From Alloascoidea hylecoeti (Eukaryota): DNA of 64,000 nt. This document shows positions 1 to 11,995 of this stretch, in pieces. Each line of letters opens with the position of its first letter. Positions within the stretch are counted from its first letter, which is position 1. The notes under the pieces are model-generated. The model was not told the DNA's origin. It was given only the letters and a program-made list of their open reading frames with translations, and made no database searches. The position numbers and the translations under genes were made by a program. The stretch spans positions 916,059-980,058 of the forward strand of contig BCKZ01000007.1 in assembly GCA_001600815.1 (NCBI GenBank), given 5' to 3'.

Positions 1-1974
1 TATCTGTACTCTGTACTATCTCTGTAGTTGGATTCGATCCAACGTACGGTATGTGCATCGTGAAATATCACGATCTATTTTATCACAGCATATGAAACAC
101 TTTAAACTGTTGTGAAATAATAGCAGTTATAATAATTCTAAATCCGATATATTGAGAATTTATAATGTGCATGTACACATATGTGTTAGAAATATACACT
201 GTATTTTTTTTTCACGTGTATTTCATAGTATACGCGTACTAATAACTATCCATTCGTTAATTATTAATGTGTTAATTGAAATGACAGATGTAGTATTCCT
301 CGCTATAGCTAAACTAACAATTGCAATTTGCAAATGCTAACATTGCAACATTAATTATAATAAATGTTGAAAATATGAAATTTAACTAAAAGATTAGTTG
401 ATCTTGCCATACTATAGCCAGATATAAGGCTTATATTAGTTCTTTGAGTTTGAGTGTATTATAATGGGTGCCCACTGCCTACCCATTTTTAATCCACAAA
501 TTACTTGTAATAACATATACTGTTGTGATGACTTTTAATTAAAGCCAAATGACCCAATCTTTTGTTCCTCAGAAATTAACTTATAATTTCCAAGATGCTG
601 AAAATACACACACCAAGGTGGCAAACCACCAATATGATAAATTTTCTTCAAATTATATCTTCAGATTCCTAGAATGGATCATAAATCCCATTTTTTAAAT
701 AATTTATCGCACAGTTTTCGAGAAACTTGCGTTTTAATATTTTTTTATTTGAGTGTTAACGTTAGTGTGATCATGATCAAAGGTTGACATTTACCTAGAT
801 AAAAGAATTCCTCCAACTATTATGGTATAGTTATTGTAGTAAAATTAATGTATATAAATTATTTTGCGCGAGGAAGTGAAGTAATATATCACCAATTTAT
901 TTCTTACTTGATTGAAGTCGGATCTAGGGTATAATTTCTGGAATCGTTAATTCCCGTATGTATTTTATCAACAAATAAACTTGTTTAGCTTTGTGTTAGT
1001 GTATAATTTCTTATTAGTAACATGACGCACTTGAATCTTTTATTATTAGTCTCTTTAATCTGATTTCAGGTTGTCTTTATCATTTGCATGTTATATAAAT
1101 AAAGATATAGATCTAGAAGTTACTAACATCGGTAGCTATATCATGTAGAGCCACAAGGGTAAATCTTGTACGACTTATTGAAAATCAAAGTAAACGTTTA
1201 CCAACCCCATATAAATATCCATAATTCCAGTTAGTTAAAAGATCAGATTATTGGTTATCATTTAATTTTACAATTAGTCATCATTATTAGTTCTAAGGAT
1301 TTTTAAATCTTTCCGGAATACTAATAAAATGAAGACATTAATTAATTTATTAATAAATGAATAAATAAATAAATTAATAGAGATGGACGTAGCAGTCACA
1401 TAAGATAGCTGATATTACAATAATCAGTAAAAACCAAATTACTCAAAAAAGAAGATTGAGATCCGTTATTGATGCATTGTAATTAACTTCATTTATGTAG
1501 GTTTCGTTAAATTTGTTAATATTTTCCCTGAAGTTTGAATAAATAAATCTCGGAAAAAAAGCTTAAATGGTATAATATGACATTGGTATATCATATAGTT
1601 TAAATACACTATTATTATTTTTCTCTGAAGCATATGGAGGTAGCTAATAATTAGCTATATAGTTTTGATATCGATGAACAGATCATAAAACGCCCATTGA
1701 TTAATTCATTTAGCTGATATTACTTGAAAATAACGATACATTTTCTTTTAACTATTAATTATAAACAAGTTATATATATAAATTTTATTAGTTACAAAAG
1801 TATATATTCTTAAACAATATATACTTTCTATTAAGATATATATATTTTGAATCATGTCGTTGAAAGTTATAATTATATGTATAAGGGAGAATTAATGATG
1901 AGTTAGTATTAGTGATCATGAATTTGTATTAGTATGAATATTAATGAATTTGTATAAGTATTATGTAGTGAATA

Positions 1975-2026
1975 AGTATTAGTGAATCAGTATTAGTGAA
2001 TCAATATTAGTGAACAGTGAATCAGT
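1975..2026. repeat. Degenerate tandem repeat, unit about AGTATTAGTGAATC, just 3' of the MFS gene
   Basis: agtattagtgaatc-agtattagtgaatc-aatattagtgaac-agtgaatc read directly; more diverged copies extend back to about 1905. Confidence 0.75.
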
Positions 2027-2049
2027 ATATATCTGATAATGCTATGCCA

Positions 2050-3816
2050 TTAAGTTAATTGAGAAATTGAATTCTCATTTTTTATTTGTTCATTATCATT
2101 TTCTTCAGATTTTTGAATAGATTTATTTGTGGTGAAAATCCCGCAAACAAAAGCAGCACAAGATAATCCAAGACAGAACAATAATTGAGCCTTAACGGAT
2201 CCAGTAACTTCTTCTAAAATTGCATTAGCAACAACAGTTGGGAAACTTCTAATTGTTTCTGGTTTATTTATAAGTAATTTGATGTCAATTTTATATATAT
2301 CATTATCACGTAATAAATTGGTTATTTTATTTGATGAAAGTCTATAACTTAGTGTTGAAGTGAAAATCGATTGACTAATTGAACTGCAAAGACATCCACC
2401 AAGAAATTTTAAGAATGCTAAAAATGTTGTAGCTAAGATCATACCATTTTTTATATCTTTGGGAACAGCAAGTTGACAACTTAAAATTAATAATGAAAAT
2501 GTCATACCAAGTCCAACACCTGGCAAAATAAGGTAACCAATTTTTTCAGAACTTGTTGAATCTTTTTTTAATAAAGTTATAACTGAAAATCCAACTAATG
2601 CACAAGTTGTTGATAATATTACTAGCGGTTTTACTTTTTTTAAAATTGTTGCTATAATTCCAGTTGTTACACCAGCTATCACAACAGCTAGAATTGTTGG
2701 TAACAGTGCAATTCCGGCTTCAATTGCAGTTTTATTTAAAACTATTTGAAAATATGAAATCATTGCAGGTAAATAAGCCATAAGATAACCGTTGGCAAGA
2801 CCAACAACAAGAGATGCAGCCAAAACCTGTGGAATTTTTAAAACTTCAATATGAAATAATGGTTGTTTTGAAATTTTAAAATTATAAAAGCAAAATACTA
2901 AAAGTGTTATACCACCAAGGACAAAACAAATTATAACGGGGGCTGATTTCCAAGGATAATCATTTCCTCCAAAGGTAATAGCGAGTAATAAGACAACAAA
3001 CCCCGAGGATACTAAAAATGTACCAATGTAATCAACGAGATATAATTTATCTTTAATTGAACCTTTTGGTTTTGTTGGATGGAAGCCAAAGAATAAAATT
3101 ATTGCAGCAATTCCACCAATAGGTAAATTTATATAGAAGCACCATCTCCAACTAACGTGGGAGGTAAAAGCGCCACCAATTAAAGGACCACAAATTGTTG
3201 AAACTGCAGTTGATACACTCAGTGCTGCAAACCAAATACCTCTCTTTTGCATCGGTAATATTTCAGAAGATACAATCATAATTAGGGCTTCAATACCACC
3301 ATCTCCAACACCGGCAATAGCCCTACCAACAATTAACATATCCATTGAAGTTGATACAGCACATATTAATGAACCAAATTCAAAAATTAATATTGCAATT
3401 AACATGATTGGTTTACGACCAAAAATAATTGATAATCTACCCCAAGTTGGAGTTAAAACGGCAACGGGTAGTAGAAAGGCAGAAATTATCCATCCAATTT
3501 TTGAATAACCATTAAATTTATTACCGACTTTTGTTAAGATAGTAAAACTTATTGTCTGATCAAGATCACATAAAAACATCGATAATACTAAGGCACATAA
3601 ACATAAAGCAAGTGGTATACCGTGAAGATAACGATCTTGATCTGCTACTTCTGTTTCGACACCTTCATTTATAATTGGAGACAGAGGATTATTGATTGAA
3701 TTGCTATAAGATCTAGAATCTGAAGAATTGTCCCTGGGAATTACAGCTACGTTTTTGCTTTTCTCTAAATCTGACTTATTCGCTTCGGGAACGTTTTGGG
3801 GAATCGTTGTTTTCAT
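2050..3816 (-). CDS. MFS drug:H+ antiporter, DHA2 (14-TM) family, Azr1/Sge1/Vba-like
   Basis: 588 aa ORF; motifs DLDQTI, WGRLSIIFGRK, GRAIAGVG, GPLIGGAFTSHVSWRWCFYINLP; many hydrophobic helices. Confidence 0.93.
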   Translation of the reverse strand: MKTTIPQNVPEANKSDLEKSKNVAVIPRDNSSDSRSYSNSINNPLSPIINEGVETEVADQDRYLHGIPLALCLCALVLSMFLCDLDQTISFTILTKVGNKFNGYSKIGWIISAFLLPVAVLTPTWGRLSIIFGRKPIMLIAILIFEFGSLICAVSTSMDMLIVGRAIAGVGDGGIEALIMIVSSEILPMQKRGIWFAALSVSTAVSTICGPLIGGAFTSHVSWRWCFYINLPIGGIAAIILFFGFHPTKPKGSIKDKLYLVDYIGTFLVSSGFVVLLLAITFGGNDYPWKSAPVIICFVLGGITLLVFCFYNFKISKQPLFHIEVLKIPQVLAASLVVGLANGYLMAYLPAMISYFQIVLNKTAIEAGIALLPTILAVVIAGVTTGIIATILKKVKPLVILSTTCALVGFSVITLLKKDSTSSEKIGYLILPGVGLGMTFSLLILSCQLAVPKDIKNGMILATTFLAFLKFLGGCLCSSISQSIFTSTLSYRLSSNKITNLLRDNDIYKIDIKLLINKPETIRSFPTVVANAILEEVTGSVKAQLLFCLGLSCAAFVCGIFTTNKSIQKSEENDNEQIKNENSISQLT

Positions 3817-4174
3817 ATCAATTTTAGTGAATATTAACTAAGCTTTTAAGGTAAATTTAAAGTAAAATACAGCGATAAATCCGGTACCTTTTCAACCCCG
3901 GATGAGAACAAGCAAAACTTCCGAAATATATTTTAATTTACAACCACATTTTGAGGGATTCTATAATTTTTTGGTCCGTGTCTATATAATCTACAGCATG
4001 TTACCATTGGAGCTAGAAATAAAGATCCTAAACATCCAAAAGTTACTGATTATTGTGTTTTCGATCCATCTAATTTCTTACCACAAGGACTTAATCTGCA
4101 AGATCTATAATGCAAGTGCCTGGTAAGCTTAAACACGATTATTATCATATTAACAGATCAACTAGGAAGCATTC

Positions 4175-4620
4175 AATGTTACCGTAATTATCAATGCCTT
4201 GGTTGACTCTGGATCCATCTTCAGGAAGTCTTACATTTAGTGGAGTTGACAGTAACTTATATATTGGAGAATTATATACTCTTCCATTGTCCGGACTTCT
4301 AAGTCCAGGTTCCAAACTAGACAACATTACTTTAAACTCGAATGTGTTACTATCAAAGTCAAACTTGCGGACCTCTTGCATATACAGACAAATAATAATG
4401 ATCGTTACTCACAATGCTATTTTGAAATACAGGAAGCTGCGGCTGGTGGTTCATCTATACTAGGTGATATCTTTTTATCAAATTCCTACATTGTCTTTGA
4501 TTTGGACAGTGAACAGGTTTCAATTGCCCCAACTAATACTTCAGCACTCGCAAGTTGATTCCAAGCTTCAGGCCATTCCTAAAGGAACAAATGTAGTTCC
4601 TGGTGCTAAAAAATGTCTTC
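4175..4620 (+). pseudogene. Fragment of a pepsin-family aspartic protease (yapsin/SAP-like), C-terminal lobe, frameshifted
   Basis: ALVDSGS (second catalytic Asp motif, GAC at 4205), then in other frames LYTLP, CVTIKVKLADLL and CYFEIQ...SILGDIFLSNSYIVFDLDSEQVSIA; stops and frameshifts; no N-terminal lobe. Confidence 0.85.
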
Positions 4621-5201
4621 TATAGTTCTTCCTTTAATGATCATATATATCTATTAATTAGATCTAAATTTATGTAGTTATAAGTCTATAAAATTTATGG
4701 CCTAATCTATTTATTAGAAACTTACTACGTCTATAATTAATCTGGTTTTTACTATCTAGTTTAATTTGGTCAATCGTTTAGTTTGACCATAAGTTAAGTC
4801 CCAGCCATAATTTTTTAATACTTGCGAAAAGTGATTGAAAGTTTTAATAGGTGTGTAGATATTTCGATATTCTCAATTGAAAAGGTAAACTAAGCAGCAT
4901 AGAGTCCATAAATTATTGTTAGCGTATTCGCTTATAATTAGTTCTTAATGAGATTGCGATGGTGTAAATGTATCACGTAGCTGATGTTTATTTACATTCC
5001 AAGCTAATTTAGGATGTTAATTAATATCGTAGGCAATCAACAGATAGTACGAAAATTGAATTAGAGTGAACTTCCTTTCAGATTAAAACTTTTTTTTACC
5101 AATGGCTATAAAATCTTTTACGTATTTATTTACACTTAACTGAATTTTCATAATATTTGTGGCTGATGCTATTGCAATTGTTTATTCTGTTGATCATTCA
5201 T

Positions 5202-6416
5202 TCATAACCTTGCTTCATTTGTGACTGGTAACGACTTCAAACCTGATTCATCTATCAATTTTGTAAAAATCTCAGACGCTGAAGAATTAATATTAATTTG
5301 ATGGTAATTTTGTCCAGCTAGATGAAATCCATAATCTAAAGTATCGCCTTTTAGTGACTTGAATTTCCGATGTCCTTGAACGAGAAATCCATAAGGTGGT
5401 AAATCATCTAATGATTTTATAATTTCATCGTTTTCAAAAGAAGATATGAGATTTGAAATAAATGGAGTTCTAAGGCATCTAGCAGGTTTACCCGATACCA
5501 ATGAAGTCATAACTGTATTATACTTATTTAAAGTTACTGGAGTATCTTGTAAATATGCTTTTATAAATGCATTTTTATTTGCTTCTGGAGTTGTTATAAA
5601 CGCTGTGCCTAATTGAACGGCAGAAGCGCCTAATCTTAAATAATTTGAAATTGATTGTCCTGTCATAATACCACCTGCTGGAATAATGAAAAATTCTTCA
5701 CCAAACTTATTAACCAGTAATTCAGTTAGAACTGTTGTTGATAAATTTTCATCATTATGTTGATCAAGCAAAAAATTTCCACGATGACCTCCAGCTTCAT
5801 AGCCTTGGGCAATAAACCCATCAACTCCCAATTTAGAAATTACCGATGCTTCCTGAAGCGAAGTCACTGTTACTAATACAACAATTCCATTCGACTTTAG
5901 TAGTTTAATTGTACTAGAATTTGGAGATCCAAAATGGAAAGATATAACTGATGGTTTATAATCCGATGACGTAATAAGATTCATCAATTGTGAATAATTT
6001 GATTTCAAAGCAGGTTCGACCTCCAATCTTTTGAATGATATTGTTTTTTTTGAAAATATTGGTGTTTTATTTAAACCATCAATTACAGAACTAGAATTAT
6101 CAACATTCGAATAAAGACGTTTCCAAGAATCGTGTTGTTGCAGTGTGTAATCGGGACCACCAACCTTTTCATCATGACAGAAAAAATTCAAGTTAACTTT
6201 TCTTTTAAAGGATTCATTTGATGTCTGGGATTGAAATTCATCAATAATAGTCTTGACGGCTTTGGAACTGGATATATCTGTTGCTCCTAAGGGCAAGGAA
6301 CCCAATCCGCCGGCATTTGTGATGGTTGCCGCTAGTTTTGGTGTGCTAAGGTTTGCCATTGGGGCTTGTATGATTGGGTAATCAATACCGATCCGCTTGA
6401 TAAACCTCTTATGCAT
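5202..6416 (-). CDS. Nitronate monooxygenase (2-nitropropane dioxygenase family), with C-terminal PTS1-like -ARL
   Basis: PIIQAPMA, VISFHFG, AQGYEAGGHRG, IPAGGIMTG, GASAVQLGTAF, SGKPARCL motifs. Confidence 0.93.
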   Translation of the reverse strand: MHKRFIKRIGIDYPIIQAPMANLSTPKLAATITNAGGLGSLPLGATDISSSKAVKTIIDEFQSQTSNESFKRKVNLNFFCHDEKVGGPDYTLQQHDSWKRLYSNVDNSSSVIDGLNKTPIFSKKTISFKRLEVEPALKSNYSQLMNLITSSDYKPSVISFHFGSPNSSTIKLLKSNGIVVLVTVTSLQEASVISKLGVDGFIAQGYEAGGHRGNFLLDQHNDENLSTTVLTELLVNKFGEEFFIIPAGGIMTGQSISNYLRLGASAVQLGTAFITTPEANKNAFIKAYLQDTPVTLNKYNTVMTSLVSGKPARCLRTPFISNLISSFENDEIIKSLDDLPPYGFLVQGHRKFKSLKGDTLDYGFHLAGQNYHQININSSASEIFTKLIDESGLKSLPVTNEARL

Positions 6417-6998
6417 TTTGAATAAAGCTCAAGAATATTTGCAATTGGATATCGAAATTATTAATAATGGTGGGGAAATAACTAGTAATCAAAATAGCAA
6501 TAAAAAAGAATGGGGATAGAGAGGTTTTATATATACCGATATTAATAATGTCCAGAGGAGAAGTTAAAGCATTAATCAAGGGAGCAATCGGATGAATGGA
6601 CGAATAAAAGATGAAGTCGGACAAAGCTCGGAGTTTCTTATAATTACTAGTGTGATTATTTGTCATGGTAAACTGTCTTAATATGCACAAACACAAATTG
6701 TACATTTCTACGCGAGTTATATATTTTATCGTTATTTTTGATATCACATTAAGCCACCAATAGGTCCTTGATTTAATTAATTGTTACAATAGTATAATTA
6801 ACACAGTACTACCAATAGGTCTACTGGCATATATCTTATAACAACTAATATATATTTTACTTTTATCCTTAAATTACAATTATAATATAAGACGTCGAAG
6901 AATCAAAATAATTATTTTGTTACATTTACAATTTTATTATTTTTACAATTTTATTATTTTAATAATAAAATTGTCATTCTACAACAACAACAACAACA

Positions 6999-9718
6999 AT
7001 GTAATCATCAGTATTATCAACCAAAAAGGATAATCTTGTAGTGTTGAAATCAAGATACAATAATCTGGTTAACAATATTGTCTCTAACACAACTTACTGT
7101 TATAATGAGATTGATAACTCAAAATCAAATGTTAATATCTTGAATGATAAAATTAAGTCTTTGGAGGATATAATTGAAAACTTGGCCAAGTTATTGGAAC
7201 CAGAAAATGCTTCGATCAACCAGTTATTGAATAAACAACGCCTCCTTCCAAACATTGAGGATTTCCCTATTCAGGAGAGACCAGGAGCTCCTTCTTTTTC
7301 TGGTGCTGAAACTATCATCAAAGAGGAAGAAAAGTTTGTACTTCCAAGGGATGTTAAAGAAAATATGATGGAATTGGAACTTCCATTTTATCCTGGTGAA
7401 AGAGAAAAGGAATTTTGTTGGACAGCTCTTATTATAGATTCTCCATTATCGGCTTCAGTTGAAAAACCGCCACCCTTTGACAATAAATTAGTTATAGACT
7501 GTCTTGATGAGAACATCTTTAATAAATTGGCTGATATACAAAACTTGCTCATACTACACCGTATCCGTTACGATTTGTGGGCCAGTATTGGTATAACTTA
7601 CTTAGAGAACAAACTAGAATATATCAAAAGATCTTTTTCAGGATCCGTTGAATGGTGTTTCTTTGTTAAGTCACTTCTAAATTCGTTAGCTACTCCAGGT
7701 TTGTTGTACAATAAATTATTTTCAAATCTTTTGGAAACAAAGCCTAAGTCAGACGAATCAATTGGTCAATTCTTGTCTCGTTTCCAACTTGCGGCCACCT
7801 CCACTCCAAATTTTGTTGTATCAAAACAGATAATTCGAGAACTGTTAATCTTCAATATGAAAGATATCGCCCCTCGTTTAGTTTTGAGGGAAACACAAAA
7901 CAGATCTCACACGTTAAATGATCTGTATTATAAGTTCCAATATGCGTATGGTGATAGCACAACTATTGGATCGATCCAACAATTAGAAACTGGCACAGGT
8001 ACTGTTGGTTCTGTTACTTCTATTACTACACCAGCTAATCCGTACTCATTGCATAGTTTGGATAATTTGAATGAGAAATGCTACCGATGTGAAGGTAGAG
8101 GACATAGGGCGAATCAGTGTCCTTCACCGCCTTCAGTTCAACGATCTCGTGTAAATTCTTCTTATAAACCTAATACCTTCGGTAAAGGTCAAAATTCTCA
8201 TCACTATCCATCATATGATAAAAATGTTAAACCACATTTCTCTACTAATAAAAATAAAATTAACAAATATAAACGTTTTTTAAATATATTAGAAAAGGCA
8301 TTTGAAGATGAGAATGATGTTGAATTTGAGGAAGAAGAAGAGACTTTTAATAAATCTGAGGAAAATGAAGGTTTTGTGAGTGCGTCCAATTATGACAATA
8401 TTTATTCTATAAGTTCTAATGTAGCTCCCGCCATTAACATTCAGGGAGAAATTAATGGAGTAAAAGTTGCTATTTTAATTGATTCAGGGGCCAATTCAAG
8501 CTACATCAATCGACACTGGATTGAAAATAATCCCATGGATTTGAATATTGAAAAGTGTAAGGATCCTAATACTTTAGTGGATGGAGCTTTTGGTTCTCAA
8601 GCAATAACTGAGATTTTGTTAACAACGTTATTTCTTTATGATATTGATAATCAAGTATTGAAATTTGATTTGGAACTTGGGATATTGGATTCCAAGATGA
8701 ATTATGACTTAATTCTAGGTCGTTATTTTGCTCTAAAGTATGGTTTATTAGAACAACAGGATGGTACTCTGTTGATAAAAAATGGTTTCATTATTAACCC
8801 TATTAATTTATCAGAAATTAATAAGAGTCGAAAGGAACTGATTAAGGGAAAACGATTGGTTTTCTCCATGGGAACTGTAGTTTCCGACAACTTCAGCATA
8901 GATTCTTATGATACATATATTCAAGAGATAGAGAAACTGGAAAATTACTTAAAATCAACTACCATGGATAACCGGGTACAATCATTAATTGGTAAGTTTC
9001 CAACTATTATGTCAGGTAACATACAAATTGAAGCTAAGTATCACCTTTAGGAACTAAATGGAGTGGTGAGGCCCATTGCCCATCAAGAGAAGGACGTAAA
9101 ATTTTTAATTTAATACCATCCTCAATATACTTGCTAACAAAATCTCTTTCCTTTGGTGACATCGGATATGGATTGGATGATATTGGATCATGAATACCAG
9201 GCCTTAAACGTAAACGAATTGGTTGATACTTTTCGACCTGTTATAAATTATAAGAACTTGAATAAAGTGCTGGTCCCTTTTCCTTATCCGTTACCAAGAA
9301 TTAATGATTTATTCTTAGAAGCAGGTAAGTATCAATATAATACCAAATTAGATTGTAAATCAGGTTTTTGGCAGATACCAATAACAAGTTCATCTTCGAA
9401 ATTAACAACGTTCACCTGTTTCCTTGGATTGTTTGAATACACACGTCTTCCTTTCGGTTTGACCTGTTCGAGTAGCTACTTTCAAAATTATATATCGACT
9501 TTGTTTCGTAGTCTTAAACATATTTTTATATTTATCGATGATATTTTAATTTGTTCTTTGGAAGAAGAAGGAGAAAGTGGACATTAAATATTCTGCAAAC
9601 AAATGGTCTAATTTTGAATTCAAAAAAATGCATCTTTATGAGAACAAACATTGAATTCTTGGGTTTTGTGTTGAGTCGTAATAGTTTACAAATTACGCCA
9701 GATAAAATTCAGAGCTAA
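6999..9718 (+). mobile_element. Defective Ty3/gypsy LTR retrotransposon internal region (Gag, Zn knuckle, protease, RT); truncated before RNase H and integrase
   Basis: CCHC knuckle CYRCEGRGHRANQC; protease ILIDSGANSSYI; RT motifs LDCKSGFWQI, RLPFGL, FIDDILI and, after a frameshift near 9584, KKCIF...IEFLGF; stop at codon 2; internal inversion 9044-9223; no LTR pair recognised. Confidence 0.93.
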
Positions 9719-9783
9719 ATAGTGAATTAACTAAGCTTAAGGGCTGAATCGGTACATATGACGGAGAACAATTCGATTATCTG

Positions 9784-9970
9784 GTAAAGCAATACACTGG
9801 GTCTACCGGTATAGATATAGGCGATAAACACTTCTTCTATTGGTTTTTTGCAACGCAGAACGATCCAGTAATATCATGGCTCTATATGGAGGTCGTGTTC
9901 TTCTTCGACAGGTTAGTTATATGAATTGGGATCAGCTTTAACCAAAGATTTGAAATCGGTTCGTAATTTA
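9784..9970 (+). pseudogene. Fragment of a serine carboxypeptidase (S10, carboxypeptidase Y/PRC1-like)
   Basis: VKQYTG...DKHFFYWFFATQNDPVISWL, then frameshifted GG..SSSTG*LYELGS..TKDLKSVRN. This follows the mature CPY N-terminus pattern [46 protein letters not shown]. Confidence 0.85.
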
Positions 9971-10442
9971 AATGAATTATATGGCCACTACATCCAAACA
10001 TTGCTAATGAATTTATTAAACACAAAGACAGATATCTCTTCGGTTATAATTAGTATACGGTACCGGTATAACGTCAACTCCTTTGTCTTTTCTGTTAAAA
10101 TCTGATATATTGTAATTTTTGTTACTCAATGAAATTTTTAGAGCACTTAAACTTGTAATTTTGGTGAACGCCTTCATAACTACGTTTTATCGTGGTCTAA
10201 CAAACTATAAGTTATATCAGGTAATTATATATAGAAAGAGAGATATATTTTATTAATTTTTATTATTTAATCTGTTTTCTATAATTATATTTAGATTTTA
10301 AATCATAATCGGAACGACCGAAGAGAAAAAATAGCAAAGTAAAAAAAAGAAACCATATATGGTATGTTGGAGTCAACGTTGATAGCAATGAGACTTAAGC
10401 TTGACAACGTGTTATAAAAGAGGTTTATATCTTTCCGAAATC

Positions 10443-11995
10443 TTAAAGGCAAAAAAGTAATTCCAAATTTGCAACCCCGAGGATATTATCTTTTAAGTTA
10501 CAAGCAACTTTAAATCTTTCCATTTCAGTCTGTATTGATTTATTTTCACTTAGAATCGGTTCGACTGTTTCCATAAAAGCATGATAAATATTATGTTTTC
10601 TATCAAGTTGAAATCCCATAACTATTGAAATACTACAGAATCCATAGATTAACAATAGTGCGAAAATTCCTTGTTGTCTTGCAATTGTAACCATTTCTTC
10701 TGGCATTGTTGATAGGAAAGAATGAAATGGTCCATAAATTTGATTATTATAGAATCGATTGGCAAAATGTGAAAGTTGAAGAATAGCTTCTCGATAAGTA
10801 TTTATTTTTGATTCTCCCATACCTACCAATTTTGAGTATTCATCAAGTAGTCTGTTTAATTTATCAATAAAAGGAAATGATATAATTGAAGATTTTGACC
10901 AAGAAGGGTACATTAATATCATACCTTTCATAACTGGTTTAACATTATCATCAACTTCATCAATACCCCTCAACGACATTTTTGACTTCATTTCAGGTGA
11001 TAGTAAAGAATAAACTGCATTCGCTCCACGAATTATTGCTAGAAAATCAATACAAGAACCATCGCTTGAGACTAATGGTACCATTGTAGGATGATGAGAA
11101 GCATATGCAACAAGTAAACAATTGCAGAGAAATAAAGACATGATATCAAAAGTCTTACTATCTTTGTCTACTCTTTTTAAATCTTCCATGAATAATTTTA
11201 AAGAGTTATTGTATAGTTTCTCTGATTCATATTGCAAAGGGTCAGGTGAAAAATCAGCCTTTCTTTGATTCCAATAATAAAGAGTTGATATAGCTTTTAA
11301 GGCGATTTTTATTGACATGGAATTCTTTGCATATGATGGTAAGACACTAGACCAAATATTCCACCAACTTACTGTATAGGTATTATCTATAATAACCCCA
11401 ACATTATAAATCAAACGATTTAGGTCAAATGAATCATTTTGGTATTCAAAAAGGTTAATTTTATTAGGGAAAACACAATCATATTGGATATTGATTTCTG
11501 GGTGAGTTTGACACAATCCCATATGGATGGCCACCTGATTAAAACTAGCTGTATCATCATAACTTTCATTATAATAGAGATGATCCATTGGAGAATTTAA
11601 ATGGCAAGGATAACCATACCAAACTTGCCTCCTCTTGGCCGGTTTTGGTGCAATCTTCACAACTTTATTACTAGTCTCGAGATATCTCTTTCTTTTGATC
11701 TTTTCGGGAGGAACATATATGCATTCCCTCTTTGAACCTAGACAATGTAGGCAAGACGGTTTGGCTTCATCGCACTATAATAATGAGTCTCAAAGGTTAG
11801 CAGATTAATTAAAATATATGCAATGCATACACAGTTAAAACTTAAGTTCAAGAAAAAATTATATGAACATACCTTAATTCTAATTCGTTTGCAGTTCAAG
11901 CAGCCTGTTCTTGATCTTTTATGAATTGGCCTATTTTTGACCTTTTTCGAATTCGTAACTAAAGAAGTGTGTGTAGAAGTTGAAGCTTTTTCCAT
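10443..11995 (-). CDS. Zn2Cys6 transcription factor (Upc2/Ecm22-like); 2 exons, intron 11872-11775
   Basis: Splicing GTATGT...GCTAAC...TAG joins HKRSRTGCLNCKRIRIK to CDEAKPSCLHCLGSKRECIY, in frame with the 10443-11660 ORF. Confidence 0.9.

Noticed and set aside
956..1135. Possible intron GTATGT...TACTAAC...TAG
   Set aside because: Longer than the other introns here, with no coherent flanking ORF
6782..6843. TGTTA...TAACA ends and duplicated ACCAATAGGTC upstream of gag as an LTR
   Set aside because: Too short, no second copy downstream, and no clear PBS or target-site duplication
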